From the NCBI RefSeq assembly GCF_018350175.1, contig NC_058368.1, positions 42,720,001-42,784,000 of the forward strand: a stretch of DNA of 64,000 bases, given 5' to 3'. This DNA is from Felis catus. Its lineage: Eukaryota. Below, one piece after another: positions 1-13,263 of this stretch. Under the pieces are notes generated by a model that was given only the letters and a program-made list of their open reading frames with translations, had not been told where the DNA came from and did no database searches. Each line of letters starts with the position of its first letter. The stretch's first letter is position 1. A program made the position numbers and the translations under genes.

Positions 1-1378
1 CTTCATTATTCTTGCCCTTTTGTTTCTCAAGTAGTTCTTTTGGAGTAATGTTTAGAGGGGCCAATCCTACTCCCACTCATTGTTCCTAGACCCAAGCATT
101 CAAGCTTCTGAGGACCTATCACCATATGTAAGCTGGTGGTTCAAAGAAAATACCGGGAAATTGCAACTCAGATTCATAAGATATATTAATGTGAGCTATT
201 TCATAGTGGTGACTTTAATGTCCATTCCATTATTCTATTAGTCAAGTTATGTCTTTGTGACATAACATGTTGTGGAAGCAGTGGGTTCTATGACTAGGAG
301 CTCATTGTTCAACCTCTTGTGCCATGAAATTGACATCTTGGTATAAGGCAATGCAGTGCAGGATCCCATGCCAATAAGTCAGAGTTTCTCTTAGTCCTAA
401 GATGATAATGTTCTCAGAGGCCCTGCAGCAGACAAGGAAGACAAACTTCTATCTGAGGTAGGTGTCAATTCCAGTAAGAATGAATTGCTGCACATTCCAG
501 GGTAGAAAGAGTCCAATATATTCAACCTGGCACCAGAAGTCTCTTTGAGGAATGGTGCTAAGATAAAGGGCTCAGAGTTGTTTTCTTCTGCTGGCAGGTT
601 TATAGGTGGTGATAATGAACATATGTCCTTGAACCCGTATATAGTTTATAACCCTGCTACCATGTGCAATCTCTTCTTAGACCCACTGTGCAAGCATAGG
701 AGGTTATGAAGAGAGAGACTGGTAGACAGAGATTAGAAATATCCTGTCCAACTCATTGTCACTTTCCCTTGACTCTAATTTTCCCAACTTTGTCCTTCAA
801 TTATCTTGAGCAAAACGGTAGGCCATCCATGCCTGCCTGGGAGTTAGCGTACATTGGTACTGAAGGCCATTTCCCCCCAAAATGTCCAGTGTGCACAGTG
901 TACCGTTCTTCCCACTGGGAGAATATTTCTTCCTGCTCACTATCTTCAGGGCCAGCCCTGAAATGGGACTGTGGCTTGGAAGTAGTCAATTTTCCTCTTA
1001 TCTGTAAATTACAGCTGAATTAGTATCCACCTTTGTCAGTGACCCTTAGGGATCCCTCTAGGAGACTATAGGTGTAAAATTGAAGGAGAGGTAGCAGCGA
1101 GACAGAGGTAGAGAACATGAGAGTTTGGGCTTCCTATTTATGTGCCTTACTTATGTCCTCTGGAACTTCAAGGACTCTATCCTAAGTATATCATTTCCAC
1201 CAAGTGATGAATTGCTTCTGTACGCACCTGACATTATGAGTCTCTGTGTGTGATAATAAACATTCATTGATGTCACATGGTCAGGCACCTAACCTCAGCT
1301 GGTGCCCAATAGATTACAAAGTCTGCTTCTTAAATAGTGTTTTGCTTCCGGCTGCAGATGACATGACTTTGCATTACC
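1..1378 (-). mobile_element. Decayed ERV-L class endogenous retrovirus internal region (pol: RT-connection, RNase H, integrase); probably continues beyond the left edge
   Basis: Minus-strand translation gives collinear degenerate ERV-L pol motifs with stops and frameshifts: THNVRCVQKQFITWWK*YT*DRVLEVPEDIS (~1150-1245); FSQWEE..GKWPSVPMYANSQAGMDGL (ORF 801-989, RNase H-like); CQQKKTTLSP and QVEYIGLFLPWNVQQFILTGIDTY (~455-600, integrase zinc-finger end and core); LNHQLTYG..GSRN..LAPLNIT (~45-145). Confidence 0.8.
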
Positions 1379-1379
1379 A

Positions 1380-1480
1380 GGGATGTCTTTGGAAATATAA
1401 ATTCTTGAGCTCCAACTCAGACCAACTAATCAGAAATTTTGAGGATGATATTAATGAACAATCAAGTTTATGAACCACTG
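1380..1480. mobile_element. MER5-like hAT-Charlie MITE fragment
   Basis: aaattcttgagctccaactcagaccaactaatcagaaat ... caagtttatgaaccactg resembles the MER5 body and terminus. Confidence 0.45.
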
Positions 1481-2100
1481 ACTTACAAGGATATCCTTGC
1501 AAGGATATCACTGGCAGACCAATGATTACTGAAACCCTTCACTGATATGGCAACCTCCACATTTTTGAAGGCTTAATCTCTCATCTCTTGGCATATCTGC
1601 ATCCTTCCAAAGCATTCAAAATACTTGTCTCAACCTTCAGGTCCAATTAGCATAGTGGACCACAACTCTAGGCATTCTGGAATTTATCCTGAGTTTTTGT
1701 TTACAATATTCATATTTTTTTCAAATATTCCCAATGGGCTTTTTTACAGTTGTCTGATATTATCTCATTTCTGCACTGTTTTTGCAGAAATAAATTATTG
1801 AATCTTATTCTCTCATTTAGCTCTTGAATGATACTAAATATGAGAATGTAAAAGTTTTTACATATTATCGTATTATTTTTATTTAATGTAGTGTAAATTC
1901 ATTTAATTTGCTAGCTTTTCATTTTTCGTGTTTGTTAACATTTTGATTTTTCAGGTTCATCTTGTGTGGTATGTATGTGACAGTGATTACAGCAGTAATT
2001 CTTTCCCTATCTTTATCTCTTTAGAATAAGCCATCTTGAATACTGTATTTAAATGCCTCCAATTAACCTATAAGGCCCATAATCCTGAGCCCATTCTTAA

Positions 2101-2225
2101 TTTGAAAAAATTTTTAAAGTGTTTTAATTTTATTTTTGAGAGAGAGAGAGACAGAATGCGAGCAGGGGAGGGACAGAGAGAGAGGGAGACAGAATCTGAA
2201 GCATGCTCCAGGCTCTGAGCTGTCA
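2101..2225 (-). mobile_element. 5'-truncated Can-SINE (SINEC)
   Basis: T-rich tail, (GA)n tract and gacagaatctgaagcatgctccaggctctgagctgtca; perfect 16-bp TSD ctgagcccattcttaa at 2085-2100 and 2226-2241. Confidence 0.9.
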
Positions 2226-4212
2226 CTGAGCCCATTCTTAAAATGTCAGCTTGGAGCTCCTATCCTATAATGACCCTGGGGATATAGTAAATTCAAATGC
2301 CATTCCAGAGGTGGACTGTTTTAGTTTCTGGTCTTAAGTTGGGTTTTTGTCCATCTACTTGTGAGATTCATCATTTCTGATAAAGCAAAATTGTAGGCCC
2401 TATTTGGCATTAACTTATTTTAGCTCCTTTCACTATCAGTAGACATCCTCCTCAGCTCTGGTTTTAAGAGGTGAGCCTATCTCTGCACCTCCCTTCGCCC
2501 CATCTTATATGGTGCAGTTTCCATTTTTATTACTTAGACTGAAATTTAGGCTTTCCCAGCTTACACTGATATCCCAAACCCAAGAAGTATGTGACTTTAC
2601 TTCTACTCATTGCTTTACATTTATATTCTGTATCTGATACTTGGGAAAGCTTATTTTGTTGGGCTTTTAAAAGTCTCTCTTCATGGATTTTTCTACTGTT
2701 GCTACACATTTTGGTGTAGGAGGTAGGGTATCAAAGAAATCAAAGTTTAAAAGTGTCAATGTACAGCTTCATCTTACCCAGAAATACCATATTTTATTTT
2801 TCACTTTTTTGATGTCTAAAAATAACCTTTTAAGCAAGGCAGAAAACATTTTAAAGATGAAGAAACCACACACTGATACTAGCTGATGCACCTAGAATAC
2901 CTAACCATTAAACAACATTAATAATAGTTAGGCTATCCTAGATGATAGAACTCCTGGAGTCCTCTCCTTCCTCTGAAACTGCTTTATGCAGGGGAAATTA
3001 TTTTAGCTAGATAACATCCTGAACATTGGCCGGGGAGTAGCTGGGAATTACATTAATATGTATTGGTTTTGAATGAAATTGTGTTTTCTTCAGTATTTCC
3101 TTATTATCCAGCAGATCAAGTCCAAATATCTGCTCTTTTTCATTATTTTCCATGAGCTATCTGCTCCTTCCTAACCAAATATATATCAAATTATCCTGTG
3201 ACATTTCATTGAGCAGTACAACTCCTTTCTCTTGAAGACAAAGCATGCTCCTTGATACTGGAATGGGTTTGCTCATTCTGGCCTGCCTTTCCATGGCATT
3301 CTCTAACACCTTTTCTTACCTATCCATATCCTCCACACCCTTCATGAGACAATAAACTCCAATCTTCGGCACTAAGCCTTCCAACTTTTTGGAAATTTCA
3401 CACTAGTTTGGTGTATTCCGTTTATGTTACATATCATTTTTCTCTATTAAGGTTTTATTTTTACTATTTTAACTCTGTATGTGTTGGCACCCTATTTGAA
3501 ATTTAAACTTCTTACGAAGAAAAAAATGTGTCTTATACTTTCTTGAATATCCCACAGTGCATGGTCAAACGCAAAACACTTTGTTGACTGGCTTATTTGA
3601 TGAGAGCTCTAGGGATATAATAATCACATGCACATTATTCTTTTTCACTCTTGGTAGCTTCATCCCACCCTACCCTTTTTGTTTATTTGTTCAGAGATAT
3701 CCATGTAGTTTCTGTCAGAAATAATTGGAAAGAAGGACTAAATTTGTTTCCTCTTTATTTGAGGTAAATGTTCATTTTCCCTCCATATATCCTCATTTTG
3801 ATTTGTCAGAAATAATGATATTTGGTTACACAAACTTCTAAGTTTCAAGCATTTTATATATCAATTGTCAGTCAGTAGTCAAGCATTCACTGACCCCTTG
3901 CTTCAAAACTTAAACTACCCCCAGACATTTTACACCCTTATACTGAGAATATAGCCATAAAGTTAACATTGATGTTGAAATTATATGATTAACTTATATT
4001 TATAAGAATAATCCACTAAGTGAAAATAAGATTCTCCGTATCATTTCTGCACATTTTCTATGCATTCTTCTGCTTTATATAAAAAAAGATACATAGGGAA
4101 TATATATATCAATATATATATCAGTGGTCAATGTACAGCATGTAGCTTGGAAGATTCCAAGAAAATGGCAAGAATAATATGTAGGCCAAAGTTCAAATTA
4201 CCTTACATTCTT

Positions 4213-4433
4213 TTTTTTTTTAATTTTTTTTTCAACGTTTATTTATTTTTGGGGCAGAGAGAGACAGAGCATGAACGGGGGAGGGGGAGACAGAGGGAGA
4301 CACAGAATCGGAAACAGGCTCCAGGGTCCGAGCCATCAGCCCAGAGCCCGACGCGGGGCTCGAACTCACGGACTGCGAGATCGTGACCTGGCTGAAGTCG
4401 GACGCTTAACCGACTGCGCCACCCAGGCCCCCC
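4213..4433 (-). mobile_element. Young felid Can-SINE (SINEC_Fc-like)
   Basis: Full tRNA-derived head, CT tract and A tail; CpGs retained; TSD taccttacattctt at 4199-4212 and 4436-4449. Confidence 0.95.
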
Positions 4434-5356
4434 AGTACCTTACATTCTTAACCAAGTGAATCGACTGGTATATTTTCTACATGACTTGTGTTCCTCCAAA
4501 TTTCTAAGAATTGCATGACAAAGGAAATGCAGTGAATTACAGGCAACTTATGTAATGGTGTTCCAGTTTTAGCAGTGTAAGCAAGCAATGGCAAAATGTT
4601 ATCTTCCTCATTATGCCAACTTAATGTATTAGCTTGTAGCATATGGCATTTGAGCCTCGTGATAGGAGAACAAGCTTGGGTTTTTATTCTGTCTACCAAT
4701 AGGTGCCAGCATTCATTCAGTTCCCTCCAGGCATTGTAATTGTTCACATAACAGCAGGATGCGCATCTACACTCATGGCAATGGCTGAGAAATTGAGTTC
4801 ATCTCACATTTTTCTTTCAAGCTTTTATTACACCATGTATTTCAGAGTAGTGACTTGATTTTTATGCAATTTAATCCTCTTGCTGTGAGCATCATCTTTG
4901 AGAACTTATGATCTTTCAGTTCATTCTTCATTCAATAATGTGTTTATGTGCTCTGTATACAGCATTATTTTGATACCAACCATTCTGTAAAATGTTCCAA
5001 AATGAATCAATTCATATAAACTGGGCCAAATAAATCAGTCCTCAGAAATATACCATCAATTCCATTACACAAGTGAAGGGTAGAAGCACTGTATTGCAGT
5101 GAAAAGTAGAACAACTGTAGACACTAAAATACACATTACTACTAATACATCAACCCTCTTATTTTGGTGTATACCACTTCTAGCTAGCTCTTTTTAGGAT
5201 AGTAATTACCATAATATAAATTCTGATAGTGATTTGGGCTATAAAAGGAAATATGGAATGTCTTGAATATGGCAATTTTAGGTAAGACATCATAGAAGAG
5301 ATCTCAGACCACCACAGTACAGTATTATCATATTAGGATATCTAAAAGATCAGAGT

Positions 5357-5777
5357 GGGATGCCTGGTGGCTCAGTCAGTTAAGCATCCAACACTTGATA
5401 TCGGCTGAGGTCACGATCTCACTGTTGTGAGGTCGAGCCTCGTGTTGGGCTCCACACTGAGTGGAGCCTGCTTGGGATTCTCTCTATTCCTCTCTTTCTG
5501 CCTCTGTCCCACTCGTGAATATACTCCCTCTCTCAAAGTAAATAAATAAACTTTAGGAGTGCCTGGGTGGGTCAGTGGTTGAGCATCTGACTTCGGCTCA
5601 AGTCATGATCTCAAGGTTTGTGAGTTCGAGACCCACACCCAGCTGTCTTGCTGTCGGCACACAACCCACTTCAGATCCTCTTTCCCCGTCTTTCTCTGCC
5701 CCTCCCCTGCTTGTCCTCTCTCTCAAACATAGATAAACATTTAAAAAAATAAATAAACTTTAAAAATAAATAAATAT
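5357..5777 (+). mobile_element. Older Can-SINE whose A tail is interrupted by a second SINE
   Basis: Head gggatgcctggtggctcagtcagttaag; outer TSD aagatcagag at 5346-5355 and 5778-5787. Confidence 0.85.
5556..5746 (+). mobile_element. Can-SINE nested in the tail of the preceding SINE
   Basis: Head ggagtgcctgggtgggtcagtggttgag; TSD aaataaataaacttta at 5540-5555 and 5747-5762. Confidence 0.85.
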
Positions 5778-5811
5778 AAGATCAGAGAGCTAGAAAGAAA
5801 AGAGTATTTTC

Positions 5812-6077
5812 CATATGTGGAATTTAAGAAATAAAACAAACAAACCAAGAAACAGACTCAACTATAGAGACCAAATTGATGGGGGGGGGAGAAGTGGGGG
5901 TGGGGTAAATAGATGATGGGGATTAAGAAGTGCACTTGTGATGAGCACAGGGTATTGTATGGAAGTGTCAAATCACTATATTGTATACCTGAAACTAAGA
6001 TTACACTGTATGTTAACTCACTGGAATTTATTATTATTATTTTAGCTAATTGGAATTTAAATAAAAACTTCAAAAAA
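5812..6077 (+). mobile_element. Short 5'-truncated carnivore L1 (3' UTR only)
   Basis: L1 3' UTR motifs (catatgtggaatttaagaaa, G-rich tract, gatgagcac.gggt.ttgtatggaagt, AATAAA plus A tail); TSD aagaaa(a/g)gagtattttc at 5795-5811 and 6078-6094. Confidence 0.85.
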
Positions 6078-6219
6078 AAGAAAGGAGTATTTTCTAGGAA
6101 TGAAGAAGAACTCATGAAATCAATAATCGTATTTTAAATCCTCAAAAGAGAGCACCAATCAAATTACTACAGCCATGCTATGTATCAACACACACTTTTG
6201 ATGAATTCACTGCATGGTA

Positions 6220-6660
6220 ATCGGGTTTTTTATTGCAAGCAGCAAAAATCATCTCTGACTCTCTCATGCAGTAAATAATGCATTTTGGAAGAATGTTAGG
6301 TCTTGGAAACCACCAGGAGATTGGAGAACTTGATCAGAAGATGAGCTAAAGCCAGGGGACACCAGGTTGTGGGAACCAGAGATAGGCCCACACCCCAAGA
6401 ACATCACAGAGAACCTGCATCTCTGACGTATCTGCCCTCACTCTCCCATCCCTGCCTCTTTTCCTGCAACATTCAATGTTTCCACCACCACTGCCAGACA
6501 CAGAGGCTGGGAAAACAAATTGCAATCTATACTTTTCCAGGGGCCTCTTGTTCTAGATTCAAAGTCTCAAGAAAGAGATTATGAGTCAATAAACTGAGAT
6601 CGCTTGCTCACCCTTCACTATCCAAGGCTGCTGAGAGTGGGATCTTGCACCTTTAGAACC
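6220..6660. mobile_element. Old MaLR (MLT1-like) LTR remnant
   Basis: ttttttattgcaagcagcaaaaatcatctctgact resembles an MLT1J/K-type terminus; highly diverged. Confidence 0.35.
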
Positions 6661-9600
6661 TGACTCCTGTAAGAAGCACATACTCTTCAAATAGAACTAA
6701 GATACCTGCACATTTACAAACTTCAAGTAGACTAACCTTTTCAACCTCTCTCTGTTCATTGATTAATCACTTAGTTATATTTCCTACAGTTTCTAACAAC
6801 TTCATTTTATAATCATTTTTTTAACATGCAATGACATTGAGTTATGTAGTGCACATATTATTTTCTATACTTTACAGACAAAGGTAATAATATCCAAAAT
6901 ATTTAACCTACTTGAATAGTTAAAAATTTGACCAAGATTGAGCATTCTTTCTACTACATGTAAATCATTAGTAGATTTCTGTTTTCTTTTCTGACCTGCT
7001 TCACTTAAGTCATGTTGTTGGACAAAATGCTATAATTATCTTACTAATAATGTTTGTGTATGTCAATTTTTTATGTGTAACTAACCACTCATAGAAAGAA
7101 TGAAAAAATACACAATGCGACTTGAGGACATATGTTTACTCAGTGTGAATTATTTCCCAAAATACATATGTGGTCAGCATTCAAAATTGCTAATGAAAAC
7201 TGTCTTCACTGAGATACAATTTAGCTGATTCCCAACAGTTTATTTCTTTTTTCATGTTTTTTACCCATTTTAGAATGAATTCTAGAGCAAAATAGATTAG
7301 CCAACTTTAGTCTTCATTTTCTAAAATACTTTTTGAGGATGATTTTAAATATTACATATACAAAGACTTACAGTAACTGCAAATTGATCATCTTTATTTT
7401 CTTTAAGCTAGGATTTCTATAGTTTTCCACTTTATAATCAGTGACTCAAGCCCTTGACTTATGTGGAATTAGTTTAGAAGTAAAGAAAAACTCCTTGAGA
7501 ACTCTCTCAAATAGCAGTATGCCACCTATAGTACATCATTTCCATTTATAAAACTGATTATACTCTAAGTGCTGGATAATGGGCAAGGACAAAGAACTTT
7601 CAAACTGCTTCTGCTACATGAGCATGTTTTCAGTGTTTTGTTACCAATATCCTTAGGTCTGAACTGCTTGGAATTCTTTTGCAGCCATTTTGACATCTCT
7701 GTACTATAACAAAATAGTTACCAGGGCATCTTTCCTTGGCAAAGACATCATAGGTCAGCTAAACTGTCATATAAAACATCTACTAATGTAGAGAAACTAG
7801 TATATGAGGAATATGCAGTGGTCAAGCACAGTTGAAATGCTTCACATTCAAAATGATTTTTATCATCCAGATATTTGTTTTAAAAAACCTGTCTTTTGTA
7901 ATTATATGAAAGTTAGTGAAAGATTGCTTTACCTTGGTCACTTTCAAGGATACCTTAAGGCTAACATGATTTTTGTGGATATAACCTCCATCTCTTGGGA
8001 AAATATTAAATTACTTGTGTCAAGAACATTCTTAAATTTATTTTGAGACACTATATTACCTTGCACATTGCTAGGAGTGTAAATGATGGCCAATGAGCTT
8101 GGTATGTTCATTAGGTGAAAATGAGCTTTTCTTTCAATATTGATTAAAGTGCTATCCTATTATGTAATTGAAACTTCCTTAAATGAGAAAATTTATATGA
8201 TATATTCAGAATCTTATCAAGCACCTATTAAGCCTTCATATTATTCAAAATGAAACAAGTATATCATAAGTTGCTCATGTTTTTATATCCTACATTGTTC
8301 TCAAAGCCGATAGAGAAGCAAATAGGACACATTTTATTAAATTCTCATCCCAAATTGTCCTCCCAGCACAGTAGGAACAAAAAAAGAAATAATGTTTATA
8401 GTACAATATAAGTAAAAGAAGAAAATATAGGTACAATCTAATTATGATGTCTAAAGACATCAGAAACAGTATCGCCATAACCATTGTTTTCACAATGGTA
8501 AATAAAATAATGTTTGTTTTAGTTAGGTTTCAAATAACATCCTCTTTTCCAAATTCCTTATGGTCCTTCACATTAGATATATCATTTTCCATCCTTCTGG
8601 AAAAGGTAAACCATTGTATTGCTATTCTCCAAGAAACATTATACTTAGAGCAACATTTCACAGCCTATATACATTTTTTTTTTTTGATATGAAGTGGCTC
8701 TCATGCATTATCTACTTGCTGAAGTAGATGAGGCAGGCTGGTAAGTATCACCCAGATAAGTCAGAGTATATTGAAAGAATAAAAGACAGAATACCTAGGT
8801 TCTGTTTCTGCACATGCCATAAGAGCTGGGAAGAAACAAAATTTTGAATTTCAGTTTTCCACCAAACATAACATGCAGCCCATCTTTGCTTTAAGGTACC
8901 TAAATATTATCACCAGTCTTCTATTTGAACATGTAGATTAATAGGAAAATTACTACCTCATAAGATACTCCATTCAGTTTCTTTTTTATGAAGTTACTTT
9001 TAATGAGTGTCATTGCCCTGGGCACTAGGTCCTTTATACATTCAAAGGAAATGTAATATATTCCTTCAAACCTGACTCCACTTCATACAAAATCTTCTTT
9101 TTTCTGGGTAAGTATAGTCGCACTTTTACAGGTTGAATTTCCTATAATGCTTTCTAGACCCTCTATAACATCTAGCAAAGTGTTTTGCAAATTATCAACA
9201 TGCTGATGTGTGATAAACTGAATTAAACTGATTGCTCTCTTCAACATATAATAATTGCCAATGTTCTTTGTAACAAAGATGTCCAGAATTAAACACTAGG
9301 TATGTAAAACATAGTGGAATATTGCTTCACTTGATCTAAAAGCCATAGTTCTTTTAATTGGTTATTATTCATTGTATTAGAATTTGAGACATCAAATGAT
9401 ATTATGCTCATATAGACATGAAAATATTTCCAGATATTTTTTGTTAGATTTTGCCTTACCATTCTGTACTTCCCCCGAATTTGTTTTAATTACAATTGAA
9501 ATCTGCATTATTATTAATTTTGTCTTGATTATTTATACCCATCATTTCAGTATGTCAGAGTGTACTTATATTAAAAATTTTCAACTTACCTGTATACTCT

Positions 9601-10696
9601 TTAGTTTGGCTTTGTACAAAGGACCATTACTGAATGAAGAGTAAATATATAAAAATACCTAGTAGCTCTTATTGAAGTTGCACAGTGTAGAGCCATGAAC
9701 TCAGAAATTCTTGCTAGCATTCATGTTGGGAATCTCAGTTCTTAATTCAGGTAAGTTGAAGATAAATTTCTGTGCCTCAGAAATTTCCTGAAATACAAGG
9801 ATGCACTATAAATCCTTGTGCCACTTTCACATCCTAAAACATCTAACTGCTACTTACCCAGAAACATTCGTGTTGCCCAATGCATCAGTGTAGCAATCTA
9901 TTGTCGGAGAGCAACCACTGCTGAGGTGACACCTATGTGTCATCACCCTCTCTCTTAATACATGTAACTTGAATCTTCTCTTAAAATCCAGTTCTATGTG
10001 GATGTCTAACCTCCTGGTCATGTCTGTCTGGCCCAGATGACACCATACCCTGTCAAGCACCAGTTCTGGATTTTTAAAAAATCATCATTATAAAGAAAAT
10101 ATTTAAAGATGCTTCCTTTAAGGGTATTATTATGTTAAGATTTCTGTACTGATAAGAATCTTTGAATGGGAAATTTACCTCATGCTATTTAGGACTCTAG
10201 TTTGTTGAAGTCTGGGTTAGAACTGTTTAGGTTTTGGGGTTTTGAATTGATTTGGGTGTGCAGTACAGAATACCCAATTTCTAGGGAATCATATGCCGGA
10301 AGAGATACAATTCTGCCTTTATTCATTCTTCAGTGTTTTTCATGGCCCTGGAAATGCTGTGTCGATTTTTATATGATTATTATAGCAAACATCTGGAATA
10401 CCAGATGTGAGCAGACACATTAAGGGGCATTTAATCTATACATTTAAGAATGAGTCAAGTTAATCAGAAAACTCATTTCATTTCTGAAAATGAGTTAGAT
10501 AAGCCAAATCAATAGTAAAAGTCTATACAATCTGGGAGACAAAAGATTTAAAAAGAGACCATATGGCACTTAAGACAAGAAGTTGTATGTGACTATTTGT
10601 GTGTGTGTGTGAGTGTCCATACAGAAATACAAACTTCTTTGCAAGTCATATATGCCCCTGAGAAGAGAAGGCTACATAGTAAAAAAAAAAAAAAGA

Positions 10697-10811
10697 TGTG
10701 TGTGTATATATGTATATACACACACATCTTTTTATATATACATGTATACAATTGTACAATGTATATATATGTATACAATTATACAATGTATATATATATA
10801 TGTATACAATT
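10697..10811. repeat. (TG)/(TA) microsatellite with a ~28-30 bp higher-order unit
   Basis: tgtatacaatt(g/a)tacaatgtatatata repeated about 2.4 times within an alternating purine-pyrimidine tract. Confidence 0.8.
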
Positions 10812-11619
10812 CTTGCTTATATTATCTCACTCCACTAATTGTATGATAACTGGATTTAGGAAGACGGATCAGATATAAATATTTTAGTAAATATGTCTGA
10901 AGAAATATGCCATATATTTCATATATTATCAGTTTCATAGAGACTTTAGCTCCATAACTTATCTTCTGATTACTGAAACCTATTAATAAAATTAAGTATA
11001 TAGCATATATGATAGAGAAATTCATGTATTATGCAAACTTTTGATTGTCCTTCAGCAAATTCTGCTAACAGATTTAATTCAAGAAGGGGCATTTCATTTG
11101 AGCATATTTAATGCTTAGATCATCAAGCAACTATGACTGCTAAAAGTATTAAGCAACTCTGTTTTTAGAAGAAAAAGTATTACACGTGCCATCTTAAAAT
11201 ATTGGGAGACAGCTAAGTTGGCATGTGAGGAAACCAAGAGTCAGGGATTTAGAATTCCATAATTCAACTCGGCTCATTATGAAAACAAAGATGAGACTTT
11301 GCTTCATGTCAACCAGCCTATTAAAAAAAATTACCCACTTTTTCTTGCAGTATTTTATAAGGATTTATTTTAACTTGGGAGTTAGCCAAAATACAGATTT
11401 CTGTGTTCCACAGACCTAAGAAATACAAATTTTGGTTCTTAGGACTCAGAAATCTGTATTTATAATAAGAACTTTAGAAAATTATAAAGTTATTAACTAT
11501 ACTGTCTCTGGTTTTCATATAAATGTATAATAGGCAAATTAATATAAACGCATAAAATCATTTGTATAATACATATTTTTATGCATCTTATGTTGCTTAT
11601 ATTCTAGTGTGGACGCTTC

Positions 11620-12290
11620 ATTCTGTGTTTTCAATAGGCATCAATTGAGAGCCTACTATGTTTCATCCCTGTTCTAAGACTGGTAATACAAAGATGAAGA
11701 CTTTTCCCTAAAGGTATTTTGAATCTAATAAAAAAGGCACATAATTTAACAAATACTGATATTGAAGTTTGGCAAATGGAAAAATAAACATAGCATAGTG
11801 GTAGCTGAATGAATATTGTAAATTTGAGGTTTTAGAGAAAAACAAGAAGGGCTATGTCTCTTCCACCTCTCAGATGGATAAAAGAGCTATTTTCTAGAAG
11901 TAATGCTTGAGCTGAAGCTTGAAAGAAAAATAAGAGGAACAAATTGGGTTAGGTGTTCTATTCAGAGGGAACAGCATGAACAAATGTAGAGAGGCATAAT
12001 GTACTTCAGAAGTGGAAAGTGTAATTGGGAAATAATTGGAAAGGAAGGTGCAGGGAGGTTTGTACCTGATCAATGAAGTACCTTTAAATCATGTTGAAAT
12101 ATGTGGATATTAGCTTGTAGGCAATGGAGCCATTGCAGGATTTTAAGAAGACTAATATGATCAGACTTGTGTTTTAGAAAAAAAATCAATTAAGTGACAG
12201 TATGATGAAATTGGAGGCAGAGACCATTTAATACTTCAGAAAACAAAAAGTGGGGGATTGAAGGATTGCAGTAATCATGGGGGTGAAAAG
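11620..12290 (-). mobile_element. L2 remnant
   Basis: ttgagagcctactatg, gaagtaatgcttgagctga, ttcagagggaacagcatg, tgtaggcaatggagccattg..ggattttaag, atgatcagacttgtgttttagaaa. Confidence 0.7.
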
Positions 12291-13155
12291 AGAAATCTTT
12301 TCACGATTTTACAATTCTATAATACAATGAACTTAGTTGTTATATAAAAGCAGCCCCAATGAATTTGAAAAAACACATAGGTCTTCAGAATGAAAATAAG
12401 TTATCATGCATGAAAGATATAGGTAATATAAGAACTTGATAGAAAGCACACTGATTTGACTATACCAGAAGCCCATAGAAATGTACAGCTATAGTAAAGC
12501 TTAGAATCATCTTGTCCAAACCAAAGGAGAGCTAGTTGTACTTGTGGACCACAGGATTCGTGACTAGGGACCATAGTATGTTCACTGAAAAGCTTTGAGC
12601 CTAATATTGAGGGGTTCTGTCCTGTGGCAGGGATACAAATAGCGATTCATATACATTAAAAAGGATTTCCTATAACTGAAAAAGAGTGAAGTTTGAGTTG
12701 GTAATAGTGTTTGACCTTACAAAAAACATAACAGTAAAGCCAGAATTTTTACATTTTCTTTTCTGTATTTGTCTCTTCAAAGGATTATGGGAAGACAGTT
12801 CATTTTCACATTGATAGTAGTTTTTACAGAATTCTTGCAGAGATTAAAAAATAAGTGATTTGAGCTTAACTCATTATAAGAATGTTCATGTTTTATGCAA
12901 CAATAATTTATTTCAGGAATCTCTGCTTTAGATTATGTTCATCATATGCAAACATTGACATACATGCTACTATCTATTCACATACGTAAACATATACACA
13001 TATAGGTATATATGCATACATTTATATATGTCTATACATATGAAATATGCAGATATTTACATACACATATTGAGTGTAAAATCCATAGTTCATATTTTCT
13101 TTGTACCACAAGTACTATCTAGTGTGTTGGGCAAAAGCAAATCAAATAAACAACT

Positions 13156-13214
13156 ACATATATACATATGTATATGTATATATACATATATTCAAACAAC
13201 TCTACATATATATG

Positions 13215-13259
<45 letters not shown>
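13156..13259. repeat. (TA)n microsatellite and degenerate flank
   Basis: Pure (TA) run at ~13221-13258 preceded by TA/CA/TG mix. Confidence 0.9.

Positions 13260-13263
<4 letters not shown>

Noticed and set aside
4060..4459. ORFs over SINEs (also 13540, 17209, 30970, 36313, 37452, 58802)
   Set aside because: Translations are generic Can-SINE or microsatellite read-through with no exon structure
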